DNA of 64,000 nucleotides from Nitrospirota bacterium (GCA_963721805.1 CAVRJY010000002.1:128001-192000); one strand, 5' to 3'; shown: positions 10,089 to 20,629, counted from the first letter of the stretch. Numbers and translations are program-made. The notes: generated from the sequence alone by a model not told the origin.

Positions 10089-10132
10089 ATTTAATTATAC
10101 AACTTATATAAAGTTACACACCAAGCTCAAAA

Positions 10133-10309
10133 ATGACTTTGACCACGGGGCGCGGGGGTCCAGCTGCGTAGCAGCTATCAACCCCCGAAAGCGCGCCCAA
10201 ATCGTCTTCAGACAAGGAACACCGAGCAGACCGACCGGAGGCGTATCGAGCATACGTTGAGGATCGGGCTGCGAGGCGTGACGCAGTATCAAGCGATTTG
10301 GAGCGCTTT
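10133..10309 (-). repeat. Structured repeat copy B
   Basis: Core 10188-10309 in reverse orientation to A; variant tail GGTCAAAGTCAT. Confidence 0.85.
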
Positions 10310-10320
10310 AAAAGAGGCTA

Positions 10321-11535
10321 CTATTGCACGGAAAGGTTACGCAGAATCTCCCCCATCCCACGGGCCATGACCCCGTGGGGATAGCGCGCAACTACGGGTA
10401 CTAGGTCTATCACGCTCTGCTCGATCTCGATCTGGGCCGGGATCGCGCCGAGGCACGGTACCTCTTTGCTGAGGTATCTCCTGATAACGCCCTGGAGCTT
10501 GTCGACGACCAGCGAGGCTGCGACGCCGGGCGGGATCTTGTTTACGACGAGGCAGGGCGAGAACTCCCTGATCGCCTCCTCGGCGGTGCTTGCGGCATAC
10601 TCGTTTAAGGCGCGAAGCTTGTCGAGGAACTCCGGGATGCTCTTAAACGCGGGCTCGATGTCCTGCGGGCCCATCAGAGAGTTAAGCGCGTGCTCGGCGT
10701 CAGGGTCGCGCTTGAACCGGCTCTCGGGGCTGAATAATCTCATTAGTTTGCGGTACATCGCGGCCTTTATAAAGTGATACGCCCCGATGTATGAGGCCGA
10801 GTCGCGCGTGGTGACGACTATGCCGTAGTCAGCGGCGAGGAAGAAATCGAGGATGTTGTATGTCGTGTCGCCGCCGAGGTCGATAATCACGTAGTCGGCC
10901 TCGATATTTCTGAGCGCCTTTACGAGCCGCATCTTCTTCGCGTGGGCCAAATTCGCGATGCCGAGCTCGGAGCTGTCGCCGCCGATCAGGCCGGGGCCGT
11001 ACTTGCACATTACCATCGCCTCGCCGAGCGCGTCTATGCGCTTGTGGATGAAGTCGTTTATGCTGTGCTTAAGCACGGTGCGCTCGCCGAGATACAGGTG
11101 CTGGTTCGCGCCGCCCAGATCCAGGTCCACGACCACGGCCTTCTGGCCGCGCGAGGCGAGGTACACCGCGAGGTTGCTCGTGAGTATGCTCTTGCCGATC
11201 CCGCCCTTGGCCCCGCCCACGGCGATCACCCGTCCGCGCCTGAGCGTGGCGCGGCCCGCCTCGGTGGCGGCCTCCCCGGTGGCTTGCAGGTATGCCACGA
11301 GCAGTTTGTATGCCGCGTGTATGCGCATGAACCGTTCGCGCGCCAGGCGGCTTAGGCCGTCGGGGGCGGCCATGTCAGGGTGGACGAGCTTCGCGCGCTT
11401 TCTAAACTCGCTTTTGACGCGGTCGAGCTCGAGCGCGTCGATGAACTCCGGCGTCGGCGCGCAGCCCGGAAACAGGGCCATGCACGCGCGCTCGATCTCG
11501 GTGCGCTCCGCTGGTTTCAGATTAGAGTGTTCCAT
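10321..11535 (-). CDS. J-domain fused to FlhG/MinD-like ATPase
   Basis: FRKRAKLVHPD J-domain; GAKGGIGKS deviant Walker A, DLDLGGAN, DYVIIDLG. Confidence 0.8.
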   Translation of the reverse strand: MEHSNLKPAERTEIERACMALFPGCAPTPEFIDALELDRVKSEFRKRAKLVHPDMAAPDGLSRLARERFMRIHAAYKLLVAYLQATGEAATEAGRATLRRGRVIAVGGAKGGIGKSILTSNLAVYLASRGQKAVVVDLDLGGANQHLYLGERTVLKHSINDFIHKRIDALGEAMVMCKYGPGLIGGDSSELGIANLAHAKKMRLVKALRNIEADYVIIDLGGDTTYNILDFFLAADYGIVVTTRDSASYIGAYHFIKAAMYRKLMRLFSPESRFKRDPDAEHALNSLMGPQDIEPAFKSIPEFLDKLRALNEYAASTAEEAIREFSPCLVVNKIPPGVAASLVVDKLQGVIRRYLSKEVPCLGAIPAQIEIEQSVIDLVPVVARYPHGVMARGMGEILRNLSVQ

Positions 11536-11594
11536 ATGGCCGACACACAGTATAATATATCGGTGAAACGATCCTCCAACATAAGAGGGCGGCT

Positions 11595-12983
11595 GTGACG
11601 GACGACGAACGCGACCGGCTGATCCGGGCCGACCACCGCACGCTCTGGCACCCCTTCACGCAGCAGCGCGACTGGGAGGCCGCCGATCCGCTCATCATAG
11701 ACGAGGCGCGCGGCTGCTACGTGCGCGACGTGCGCGGCAGGTGGTACCTCGACGGCGTCTCGTCGCTCTGGGTGAATATCCACGGCCACCGCAGGCCGGA
11801 GCTCGACGACGCCATACGCAGTCAGCTCGACCGCGTCGCGCATACCACGATGCTCGGGCTCGGAAGCGTCCCCGCGATACAGCTCGGCGAACGGCTGATC
11901 GGGATCATGGATAAGTCCTTCGGAGAAGGCAGCCTCACGCGGGTCTTCTACTCTGACAACGGCTCGACAGCGGTAGAGGTCGCGCTGAAGATGGCGTTCC
12001 AGTACTGGCAACATAAAGGCCAGCCCGGCCGCACAGCGTTCATGGCGCTGGATCAGGCATACCACGGCGACACGGTCGGGGCGATGAGCGTGGGCGGGAT
12101 AGACACCTTCCACGCCGCGTTCGGGCCGCTGTTTTTCAAGACCTTCCGCGCCCCTTCGCCCTCATGCTATAGATGCAAGGACAAGGGGGCCACGGGCCCT
12201 CTCTCTTGTCTCGCCGGGGCCAATGGCCCGCTTAATTGTCTCACCGCTGCCGAGGAGATATTGAAGGCCCACGCCTCGGAGATCGCGGCCGTGATAGTCG
12301 AGCCGCTCGTGCAGGCCGCCGGAGGGATGCTCGTCGCCAGGCCCGGATATCTTCGCGGTTTAAGGGCGCTTTGCGACCGGTACAATGTGCTGCTGATCGC
12401 GGATGAGGTCGCGACCGGGTTTGGCCGCACCGGACGGATGTTCGCCTGCGAGCACGAGGCGGTAGCGCCGGACATCATCTGCCTCTCAAAGGGGATCACG
12501 GGCGGGTACATGCCGCTTGCCGCTACCATAGCTACCGAGGAGATATACTCGGCATTTTTGGGTGAGTTTGCTGAATTAAAGACCTTCTTCCACGGCCATT
12601 CGTACACCGGAAACCCGCTCGGCTGCGCCGCCGCGCTAGCTGCGATGGACATATTCGACCGCGACCGCACGATAGAGCTCATGCCCCCGAAGGTCGCGCT
12701 GCTGGAGGGCTGGCTCCACGGGATGGCCACCCACCCGCACGTGGGCGACGCCAGAAACCGCGGCCTGATGACCGGGGTAGAGCTCGTCCAGGACGGCGGG
12801 GAGCCGTATCGCTGGGAGGAGCGCATCGGCTGGCGGGTGGCCGAGGCGGCCGCCGAACAGGGCGTCCTGATCCGCCCGCTTGGCAACGTCGTGGTCATCA
12901 TGCCGCCTCTGGTTATCACCTCCGACGAGCTGACCCGCATGCTCGACGTCCTGCGCTTCGCCATCGAAAGCGCAACCGGATAG
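11595..12983 (+). CDS. bioA: Adenosylmethionine-8-amino-7-oxononanoate aminotransferase
   Basis: LWHPFTQ, SSLWVNIHGH, DNGSTAVEVALKMA, DEVATGFGRTG, SKGITGGY. Confidence 0.95.
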   Translation: MTDDERDRLIRADHRTLWHPFTQQRDWEAADPLIIDEARGCYVRDVRGRWYLDGVSSLWVNIHGHRRPELDDAIRSQLDRVAHTTMLGLGSVPAIQLGERLIGIMDKSFGEGSLTRVFYSDNGSTAVEVALKMAFQYWQHKGQPGRTAFMALDQAYHGDTVGAMSVGGIDTFHAAFGPLFFKTFRAPSPSCYRCKDKGATGPLSCLAGANGPLNCLTAAEEILKAHASEIAAVIVEPLVQAAGGMLVARPGYLRGLRALCDRYNVLLIADEVATGFGRTGRMFACEHEAVAPDIICLSKGITGGYMPLAATIATEEIYSAFLGEFAELKTFFHGHSYTGNPLGCAAALAAMDIFDRDRTIELMPPKVALLEGWLHGMATHPHVGDARNRGLMTGVELVQDGGEPYRWEERIGWRVAEAAAEQGVLIRPLGNVVVIMPPLVITSDELTRMLDVLRFAIESATG

Positions 12984-13004
12984 GGATGTCTGATAAAATA
13001 GGGT

Positions 13005-14201
13005 ATGCCCTTTTTCAGCTACGAAGCCGCCAGGCCCGACGGCAAGAAGGTTAAGGAGACGGCAGAGGCCGCAAACGAGGCCGTGCTGCGCGCGGACATC
13101 AAGGCCAAGGGTCTGATACCGATCCGCATCTCCCCGGCCTCGGAAAAGAAGAGTTTTTCGTTCTCTCGCGTCTCGAGCAAGGACATGCTGATGTTCACGC
13201 AGGAACTCGGAAACCTGCTCGAAAGCGGCCTGCCCGTCGACCGGGCGCTCCTGATCCTGGCCGAGCACGCTGACAAAAAATCCATGCGCGACGTGCTGCG
13301 CAACACGTACATAAGCGTGCAGAAGGGCGAGTCGCTCTCGCAGGCCCTCAGCCGCCACCCGGCCGTATTCCCGAAGCTTTACGTAAACATGGTCCGCGCC
13401 GGAGAGGCCGGAGGCATCATGGACGTGGTCATAAAGCGGCTGGCCGCGTTCATCCAGACCACCGTGGAGTTCAAGGAAGAGGTGACCTCGGCCCTCATAT
13501 ACCCGATACTGCTGACCGTCGTCGGCGGCGCCGCGGTCACGGTCCTGATGGTCTACGTCGTGCCGAAGTTCGCCACGATATTCGCGGACATGGGCCAGGC
13601 CCTCCCGACCCCGACGGCCGTGCTGATGCAGGTGAGCCATGCGTTCGCGACATACTGGTGGGCCGGCCTCGGCGCGATAGCCGGGGCGGTCTTTGCGGTC
13701 AACGCATACGCCAAGACCGAGGAGGGCAAGCTCTTCATCGACGAGATCAAGCTCCACATCCCGGTATTCAAGGACCTGCACATGAAGCTGATCATAGCGC
13801 GTTTTTCGCGCACGCTCGGCACCCTGCTTCAAAGCGGCGTCAACGTGCTGGAGGCCATACGCGTATCGCGCGAGGTCATAGGCAACGAGGTCGTCGCGCG
13901 CAAGCTCGCGGGCATCGACGAGGGCGTCAGGAAGGGCCGGGGCATATCGGGGCCGCTGATGCAGTGCGGCGTCTTCCCTCCGGTGGTATCGCACATGATC
14001 GCGGTAGGCGAGGAGGCGGGCAGGCTCGAGGAGACCTTCCTCATGGTCGCCGACCGGTACGAGGGCGAGAGCCGCTCGGCCATAAAGCGCACCGTGAGCC
14101 TGATCGAGCCCCTTATGATCCTTTTCATGGGCCTCGTAGTCGGGTTCATCGTGATCTCGATGCTCATGGCAGTATTCAGCATAAATGACATCCCGCTCTG
14201 A
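13005..14201 (+). CDS. gspF: Type II secretion system F-family inner membrane protein
   Basis: FTQELGNLLESGLP, MVRAGEAGG, ARFSRTLGTLL, MIAVGEEAG. Confidence 0.9.
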   Translation: MPFFSYEAARPDGKKVKETAEAANEAVLRADIKAKGLIPIRISPASEKKSFSFSRVSSKDMLMFTQELGNLLESGLPVDRALLILAEHADKKSMRDVLRNTYISVQKGESLSQALSRHPAVFPKLYVNMVRAGEAGGIMDVVIKRLAAFIQTTVEFKEEVTSALIYPILLTVVGGAAVTVLMVYVVPKFATIFADMGQALPTPTAVLMQVSHAFATYWWAGLGAIAGAVFAVNAYAKTEEGKLFIDEIKLHIPVFKDLHMKLIIARFSRTLGTLLQSGVNVLEAIRVSREVIGNEVVARKLAGIDEGVRKGRGISGPLMQCGVFPPVVSHMIAVGEEAGRLEETFLMVADRYEGESRSAIKRTVSLIEPLMILFMGLVVGFIVISMLMAVFSINDIPL

Positions 14202-14625
14202 TACCGGCGGCTTCACCATGCTCGAGCTCGTCATCGTGCTCGTCATCGTGGCGCTCGGCGCGGGGCTCGTGGTGATGTCGCTTGGGGACACGAAGGGGCG
14301 CGAGGAGCTCAGGAGCGAGTCAGTAGGGATATACACCGAGCTCCGTCACCTGCGCGAGCGGGCGCTGATCGAGCGCATGCCGTTCGCGCTGGTTGCGAAC
14401 GCCGAGGACGGCTCGTACGGCGTGCTTAAAAACGGCCAGCCCTCCGGCCCTGTGCACCACGTACGCGAGGGCTTGAAGATCGGGGGCGGCCCGGTGGTCT
14501 TTTATTCCAAGGGCAGCGCCGCGGGGCCGCCCTTCACGGTGCAGGACAAGAAAGGCAAGGGATTTTCGATTGGGGTCGACAGCGTCACGGGCACAGCGGA
14601 GATCAAAAGGCTTCAGCCTTCTTGA
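14185..14625 (+). CDS. Pseudopilin (GspH-like)
   Basis: GFTMLELVIVL prepilin motif. Confidence 0.8.
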   Translation: MTSRSDTGGFTMLELVIVLVIVALGAGLVVMSLGDTKGREELRSESVGIYTELRHLRERALIERMPFALVANAEDGSYGVLKNGQPSGPVHHVREGLKIGGGPVVFYSKGSAAGPPFTVQDKKGKGFSIGVDSVTGTAEIKRLQPS

Positions 14626-14977
14626 GGTCATTGTCACGCTTGCGGTGCTCGGCATCGGGCTTAGCGCCCTGATGCAGCTTTATTCGATCACGCTTCGCAC
14701 GGTCAAGAAGGCCGAGGACCATACCGTGGCCACGATACAGGCCCGCTCGCTGCTTGAGGAGTCCATCGCGAGCTCCCACCCGGCCGATACCGCCAAGACC
14801 TTCGAGCTGAGCGGAGGGATGCGCGCCGAGCGCACCGTGGGCATCGTATACCAGACGGACAATAACATCGAGTACGAGATCCGCGTGAAGGTCGAGCTAG
14901 GCCGCGGCGAGTCGGTCGAGCTGACCGGGCTTCGGAGCATCTTCATCAACACCCCGGCGAGCGCCAATGCGCCTTAA
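14570..14977 (+). CDS. Pseudopilin (GspI-like); start uncertain
   Basis: GFSLLEVIVTL prepilin motif. Confidence 0.78.
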   Translation: MGSTASRAQRRSKGFSLLEVIVTLAVLGIGLSALMQLYSITLRTVKKAEDHTVATIQARSLLEESIASSHPADTAKTFELSGGMRAERTVGIVYQTDNNIEYEIRVKVELGRGESVELTGLRSIFINTPASANAP

Positions 14978-15689
14978 TTCACGCGGCCTGACCCTCATTG
15001 AGGTCACTATCGCGATCATGCTCGCCGTCATCGTGCTCAGCATGCTCCTTGGGGCGATGCGCCTGGCGTACCGCTCGGAGGAGAAGGGCCGCGAGCGCTC
15101 CGAGGTCAGCCAGCGCATGCGCATCATCACGGACCGCCTGAGCTGGATCCTGCACGGCGCATACCCGTTTCGCATGTTAAGGGACGAAGGCTCTCAGCAG
15201 GGCGCCACTGCCCCCGTCGCCAACGTCGCAGGCGCGGGCTTGGACATCCAGAACAAGCCCACGCTGGTCTTCGACGGCAGCCCGGAGAGCCTCACGCTCG
15301 TCACTACGAGCGTGGACCCCTACTCCCACGGTCCCATCGACAACCCCGGGCTCAAGCGCGTGAGCATCGGCCTCGCAAACGGCCTCGCTGTGCAGGAGGG
15401 GGTCTACTACATGGAGGCGCAGATGGGGATACAGAACACCTACTTCGTCGTCGACCCCACGGTCAAGAGCCTGGAGTTCAGCTACCTCTACGTCTCTGAC
15501 CAGAAGGAGGGCTGGACCGACAGCTGGGACACGAGCGTGGACGACTGCCTGCCGGCCGCGGTGAAGGCCACGGTGAGCTTTGATTTCAACGGCAATACGA
15601 TCAAGATGCCGCCGATCATCACCGCGCTGAAGACCGGCGGGACATGCGTCGAGAAGACGGACGAGACGGCGGCCCCCAAGCTGAGGTAG
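14967..15689 (+). CDS. Pseudopilin (GspJ-like)
   Basis: GLTLIEVTIA prepilin motif; C-terminal W..SW...LPAAV. Confidence 0.8.
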   Translation: MRLNSRGLTLIEVTIAIMLAVIVLSMLLGAMRLAYRSEEKGRERSEVSQRMRIITDRLSWILHGAYPFRMLRDEGSQQGATAPVANVAGAGLDIQNKPTLVFDGSPESLTLVTTSVDPYSHGPIDNPGLKRVSIGLANGLAVQEGVYYMEAQMGIQNTYFVVDPTVKSLEFSYLYVSDQKEGWTDSWDTSVDDCLPAAVKATVSFDFNGNTIKMPPIITALKTGGTCVEKTDETAAPKLR

Positions 15690-15772
15690 CCAGCCTGTCT
15701 GCACCGCCTCCCCGGCCTGTGGCGCACCCGAAGATTGGGGAAGGGGCACGTGGCCCCGGGGGGAGATGACCT

Positions 15773-16351
15773 CTATCGCCCGCTGAGCGCCCGTTCGATC
15801 CTGCGGTCCGGGACGAGCCACATCAGCGCCACGGAAACGTATATCCCGCCCGCGATCCAGGGCTCATAGAATGCCGCGAAGATCGCTATCGCATAAAGCA
15901 CGGGCGAGATCTTTCCCTTGAGGTCGCGCCCCACGGCCTTCTTAAGCAGCGACTCCGCGCCCTGGCTTGCGATGATGGCGCGCTGGAGCACGAAATACGC
16001 AATGGCCGCCATGAGCAGGACGAACCCGTACAGGGCCATCGGGGCGGGGGCAAGATGGTTCTCGCCCATCCAGCCAGTGACGAACGGAAACAGCGAGAGC
16101 CAGAACAGCAGGTGCAGGTTTGCCCAGAGTATCGCACCTGTCACGCCCTGTGCGGTGTGCAGCATGTGATGGTGGTTGTTCCAGTAGATCCCGAGATAGG
16201 CAAAGCTCAGCACGTAGCTCAGGAATACGGGCAGCAGGGGGCTCAGTGCCATGAGGCCGTCACCGTGCGGCACCTTCAGCTCCAGCACCATGACGGTTAT
16301 GATGATCGCCAGGACGCCGTCGCTGAAGGATTCTAGCCTGTTTTTTCCCAT
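15773..16351 (-). CDS. TMEM175-family K+ channel (DUF1211)
   Basis: RLESFSDGVLAIIIT signature, YWNNHH. Confidence 0.92.
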   Translation of the reverse strand: MGKNRLESFSDGVLAIIITVMVLELKVPHGDGLMALSPLLPVFLSYVLSFAYLGIYWNNHHHMLHTAQGVTGAILWANLHLLFWLSLFPFVTGWMGENHLAPAPMALYGFVLLMAAIAYFVLQRAIIASQGAESLLKKAVGRDLKGKISPVLYAIAIFAAFYEPWIAGGIYVSVALMWLVPDRRIERALSGR

Positions 16352-16409
16352 GGCCTGATCAGCCCCGCCCTGGCGCTCGCGAGATTAGTGGAAAGGGGCC
16401 CGTGGCCCC

Positions 16410-18579
16410 CTACTGGCACTCGAACATGAGCATCCCCAGAGGCGGGAGCGTTATCTCGATCGAGTACTGCCACTGGTTGAGCCTGCGCTCCTCGGCCTGC
16501 ACCCATCCGGCGTTGCCCTTGTTTGATCCGCCGTAGAACTCGGAGTCCGAGTTGAAGACCTCGCGGTAGCCGCGCATCTCGGGGACGCCCACGCGGTAGC
16601 CCTCTCGCAGCACAGGGGTGAAGTTAAAGACGAACAGGACGTGGCGGCCGGGGTCCTTGCCCCGCCTGATGAACGATACGACCGAGCTCTCGGCGTCGCT
16701 GAAGTCCACCCACTCGAAGCCGCGGTAGTCGAAGTCCACCTCGTACATCTCCGGGGTCGAGGCATAGACCGCGTTAAGGTCCTCGACGAACTTCTGGAGC
16801 TTCCTGTGCGGCTCGTACTCAAGGAGGTTCCAGTCGAGGCTGTGCTCGCTGTCCCACTCGTTCCACTGCCCGATCTCGCCGCCCATGAACATGAGCTTCT
16901 TCCCTGGGTGCGCGAACATGAAGGCAAACAGCAGACGCAGGTTCGCGAACTTCTGCCAGGTGTCGCCGGGCATCTTGTCCAGCAGCGAGCGCTTGCCGTG
17001 CACGACCTCGTCGTGCGAGAGCACGAGGATGAAGTTTTCGTGGAACGCGTACAGCAGCCCGAACGTCAGGTGGTACTGGTGGAACTTGCGGTAGATCGCG
17101 TCCTTCGAAAAATACGAGAGTATGTCGTTCATCCAGCCCATGTTCCACTTGAGGCTGAAGCCGAGCCCGCCGGCGTACGTCGGCCGCGAGACCATCGGCC
17201 AGGCCGTGGACTCCTCGGCTATAGTCAGCACTCCGGGGTTGCGCTCGTGGCACAAGCGGTTGAAGTGCTTGATAAACGCGATCGCCTCGAGGTTCTCGTT
17301 GCCTCCGTATTTGTTCGGTATCCACTCGCCTTCCTTGCGCGAATAGTCCAGATACAGCATCGAGGCCACGGCGTCCACGCGCAGCCCGTCGATGTGGTAC
17401 TTCTCGAGCCAGAACAGGGCGCTGTTGAGCAGGAAGCTCGCGACCTCGTTTCGGCCGTAGTTGAAGATGTGAGTGCCCCAGTCGCGGTGCTCGCGCTGGA
17501 ACGGGTGCTCGTGCTCGTAGAGGAACGAGCCGTCGAAGTACGCCAGGCCGTGCGCGTCCTTGGGGAAGTGCGCCGGGACCCAGTCGACGATCACGCCGAT
17601 GCCGTTTTGGTGGCAGAGGTCGACGAAGTACATGAAGTCCTCCGGCGTGCCGTGGCGGCTGGTCACAGAGAAATACCCGAGCGTCTGGTATCCCCACGAT
17701 TGGTCGTATGGGTGCTCCATTATCGGCAGCAGCTCGATATGCGTATAGTGCATGCGCAGGACGTACGCGATCAGCTTGTCCGCGAACTCGCGGTAGGTCA
17801 GGAACCGGTCGCCCTCGCCCCTCATCCACGAGCCCATATGCAGCTCGTATATCGAGATCGGGGCGTCGAGCCAGTTCCGGTCCGGCCTCGAGCGCATCCA
17901 GCCCTCGTCCTGCCATTGGTATTTATCGAGGTTCCATACTATCGAGGCGGTGTTGGGGCGCACCTCGGAGTAGAAGCCGTAGGGGTCGGCCTTGATGAAG
18001 AGTTCGCCCTCGCTCTTGATCTCGAACTTGTAGAGGTCGCCCTCCTGCATGCCGGGGATGAAGAGCTCCCATATGCCGGAGGCCCCGCGCGTGCGCATCG
18101 GGTGGCGGCGGCCGTCCCAGCCGTTGAGGTCCGAGACCACGCTGACGCCCTTCGCGTTCGGGGCCCATACCGCGAAGTTCACGCCGGCCACGCCCTGTAT
18201 CTCGGTGATATGCGCCCCCAGGCGCTCGTATTTTTCGTAGTGCGTGCCCTCGCCCATCAGGTGCAGGTCGAAGTCCGTCAGCACCGGCGGGAAGCAGTAG
18301 GGGTCGTACGACTCGCGGACCTCGCCGTGATGGCCGCTGATGCGGATGCGGTACGGGCAGATGTTCTCCGCGCCCTCGACGAGAGCCTCGAAGAACCCCT
18401 CCTCGGAGGCGCTGGACATCTGCTTCTCCCCGCCCGTGTAGACGACCCACGCCTCGCGGGCCTCGGGCAGGTACGCGCGCACCGTGATGCCGCGCTTGCC
18501 CTTGTGCGGGCCGAGGAATTCAAACGGGTTATAATGGCGGGCCGATGAGGATTTTTTCTATATGTTCCTGTGCTTTCAT
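16410..18579 (-). CDS. glgB: 1,4-alpha-glucan branching enzyme; +1 frameshift near 18540
   Basis: [43 protein letters not shown]-terminus [25 protein letters not shown] restored by removing one base. Confidence 0.95.
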
Positions 18580-18745
18580 ACATTTGAGGATACTTCAAGC
18601 AGGCTGCCCTGTCAACCGGGGGGCAGGGGCCGACTGGCCCCTTTCTCTCAGGGGGCAGCGCCCCCTTGGCCCCTGAGAGCTATCGTAAATCAAAATGCCC
18701 CTTAAGAGTGAGGAGCGCTATAGCGCTGCGGGGCCATCCGGCCCC

Positions 18746-20191
18746 CTATCCCTGCAACCCGATCCTGAACTCTGTGCCGCCCTCGCGGATGAGTTCGATC
18801 TCGCCGCGGACCTGTTTTGCGAGCGAGCCTACGATCCTCATCCCGAGCGTCGAGGTCCCCTCAAGCTCAAACCCCGGCGGGAGCCCCGCGCCGTCGTCCC
18901 TGACCGAGAGCGCGATGCGGCCTGCCCCGGTGCGCCGGAGCGAGACGCACACGCTGCCCTCGCGGCCTTCGGGGAAGGCGTGTTTCAGGGAGTTCGAGAC
19001 CAGCTCGTTGACTATCAGCCCGACGGGTATGACGGTATCGACGTCGAGCGTCAAGTCCTCCACCTCGAAGCAGAGCTTGACGGCCGGGATGCCGCCCTGG
19101 TAGACCTGAAACAGCCTCGTGACCATCGCGCGCAGGTAGTCCGAGAGGCTCAAGCTCCTCGGGTCCGGCGAGCGGTGCAGCATGTCGTGAATGATGCTCA
19201 TCGACTGCACCCTGTTCTGGCTCTCGATCAATAGCTCGCGCGCCGCGCCGTCATCGGCGGTGTTGCTCTGGAGCCTCAGGAGGCTCTGTACCACCATGAG
19301 GTTGTTCTTGGCCCTGTGGTGGACCTCGCGGATGAGCATTTCCTTCTCGGCCAGCGACGCCCGCAGCTGCTCGTCCGAGCGCATGAGGGCCTCTTGCGCC
19401 TCGAACCTCTCGGCCACCTTCCAGATGTGGTCCATGAACATCCCCACCTGCCGGACGTCCTCGTCCGTATACTCTCCGGGCTTGTTCGCCGCGCCCACGA
19501 CCGCCACTATCCGCCCGCCGCTCAGGACCGGCACGGTCATGAACCTCTTGAGCCTCGCGTGGCCCTCCGGGTAGCCCTTCTTAAGCGGGTTCGGGGCATC
19601 GAATTCGTTGACCACTATCGCCCTGCGCTGCCTGACCGCCTCGCCCCATATGCCGGTTAGCGGGAGGTGGTAGGCCTTCCGGGGGTTCGGTATGGTGCAC
19701 TCCGGCATGACGCCTGGCGACCAGGCATGGAGCGTGAAGACCTCGGTGGCCTCGTCGTAATAGTAGATATAGCCGTACGCGCTCCCGCAAAGCGAGACCG
19801 CCTCTTCGAGCGCCGCGTCCAGCAGCGCGTGCAGCGACGCGTGCGTCTGCGCCGAGAGCTTGTTCGCGCTTTCGAGCCGGGCGCGCTCGGCCAGCAACAG
19901 ACGTTCGGCCTCGGCGTTGGCGATTATCAGCCGCGAGAGGTAGAGCACGCCGAGGAAGAACATGGCCGAGACCGCAAACGCGATCAACTCGGCGAACAGG
20001 TCCACCCTGATCTCGGCGCCCTCGATCACCCTGTAGAGCGAGACAAACCTGCGGATGGCCATCAGGACTATCGTGGCGAGTATCAGCAGGCAGGCCAGAC
20101 ACCTGCGCGTGCGCACCCTGAGCCTGACGGCCACGACAGCGGAGGCGAGCTGCACGAGGATCGAGAGGGCAATGACCAAAGTTGCGATCAT
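18746..20191 (-). CDS. Membrane GAF sensor histidine kinase (HisKA_2 type)
   Basis: N-terminal TMs, GAF (GYPEGH), EVHHRAKNNL, NELVSNSLKHAF, DDGAG. Confidence 0.88.
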   Translation of the reverse strand: MIATLVIALSILVQLASAVVAVRLRVRTRRCLACLLILATIVLMAIRRFVSLYRVIEGAEIRVDLFAELIAFAVSAMFFLGVLYLSRLIIANAEAERLLLAERARLESANKLSAQTHASLHALLDAALEEAVSLCGSAYGYIYYYDEATEVFTLHAWSPGVMPECTIPNPRKAYHLPLTGIWGEAVRQRRAIVVNEFDAPNPLKKGYPEGHARLKRFMTVPVLSGGRIVAVVGAANKPGEYTDEDVRQVGMFMDHIWKVAERFEAQEALMRSDEQLRASLAEKEMLIREVHHRAKNNLMVVQSLLRLQSNTADDGAARELLIESQNRVQSMSIIHDMLHRSPDPRSLSLSDYLRAMVTRLFQVYQGGIPAVKLCFEVEDLTLDVDTVIPVGLIVNELVSNSLKHAFPEGREGSVCVSLRRTGAGRIALSVRDDGAGLPPGFELEGTSTLGMRIVGSLAKQVRGEIELIREGGTEFRIGLQG

Positions 20192-20254
20192 CCGAATATG
20201 ATATAGCAAAACGGCTGCATTGACAATAGAGGGTCAAGGGCGGGGTGCGCGGCG

Positions 20255-20629
20255 CTAGGACTTCAGGGCGGCCTCTATGGCGTCAATAAGTTCGCCGATC
20301 TCATAGGGTTTCAGCAGGAACCCGGCGGTCTTTGCGTTGCAGGCTTTTTGGTATACCTCTGGACTGTCATAGCCGGTCGTGAGGATGACCGGTATTCCGA
20401 ACCTCTCGCCTATGTCGCGGGCCGTGTCGATGCCGTCCTGGGCGCCCTGTATGCTGACGTCCATCAGGACCAGGTCGGGGATCGAGGCGCGCGCCATATC
20501 GAGGGCCTCGACGCCCGTGGAGGCCGGGCCGCAGACCTCGTAGCCGTGCTCCTCCATCAGCTCCTGAAGCGACAGGAACTGTATGAACTCGTCCTCGACT
20601 ATCAGTATCTTGCCCTTCGTCGCGGTCAT
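20255..20629 (-). CDS. Single-domain response regulator
   Basis: ILIVEDE, DLVLMD, LTTGY, KPY. Confidence 0.92.
   Translation of the reverse strand: MTATKGKILIVEDEFIQFLSLQELMEEHGYEVCGPASTGVEALDMARASIPDLVLMDVSIQGAQDGIDTARDIGERFGIPVILTTGYDSPEVYQKACNAKTAGFLLKPYEIGELIDAIEAALKS

Noticed and set aside
10093..10122. dif/pdif (XerCD) site
   Set aside because: Only loose resemblance; the XerD arm TTATGTTAAAT is absent.
16641..18548. Long antisense ORFs (635 aa here; also 12636-14336, 33105-34520, 52111-53721)
   Set aside because: Shadows of real genes, expected from high-GC codon bias.
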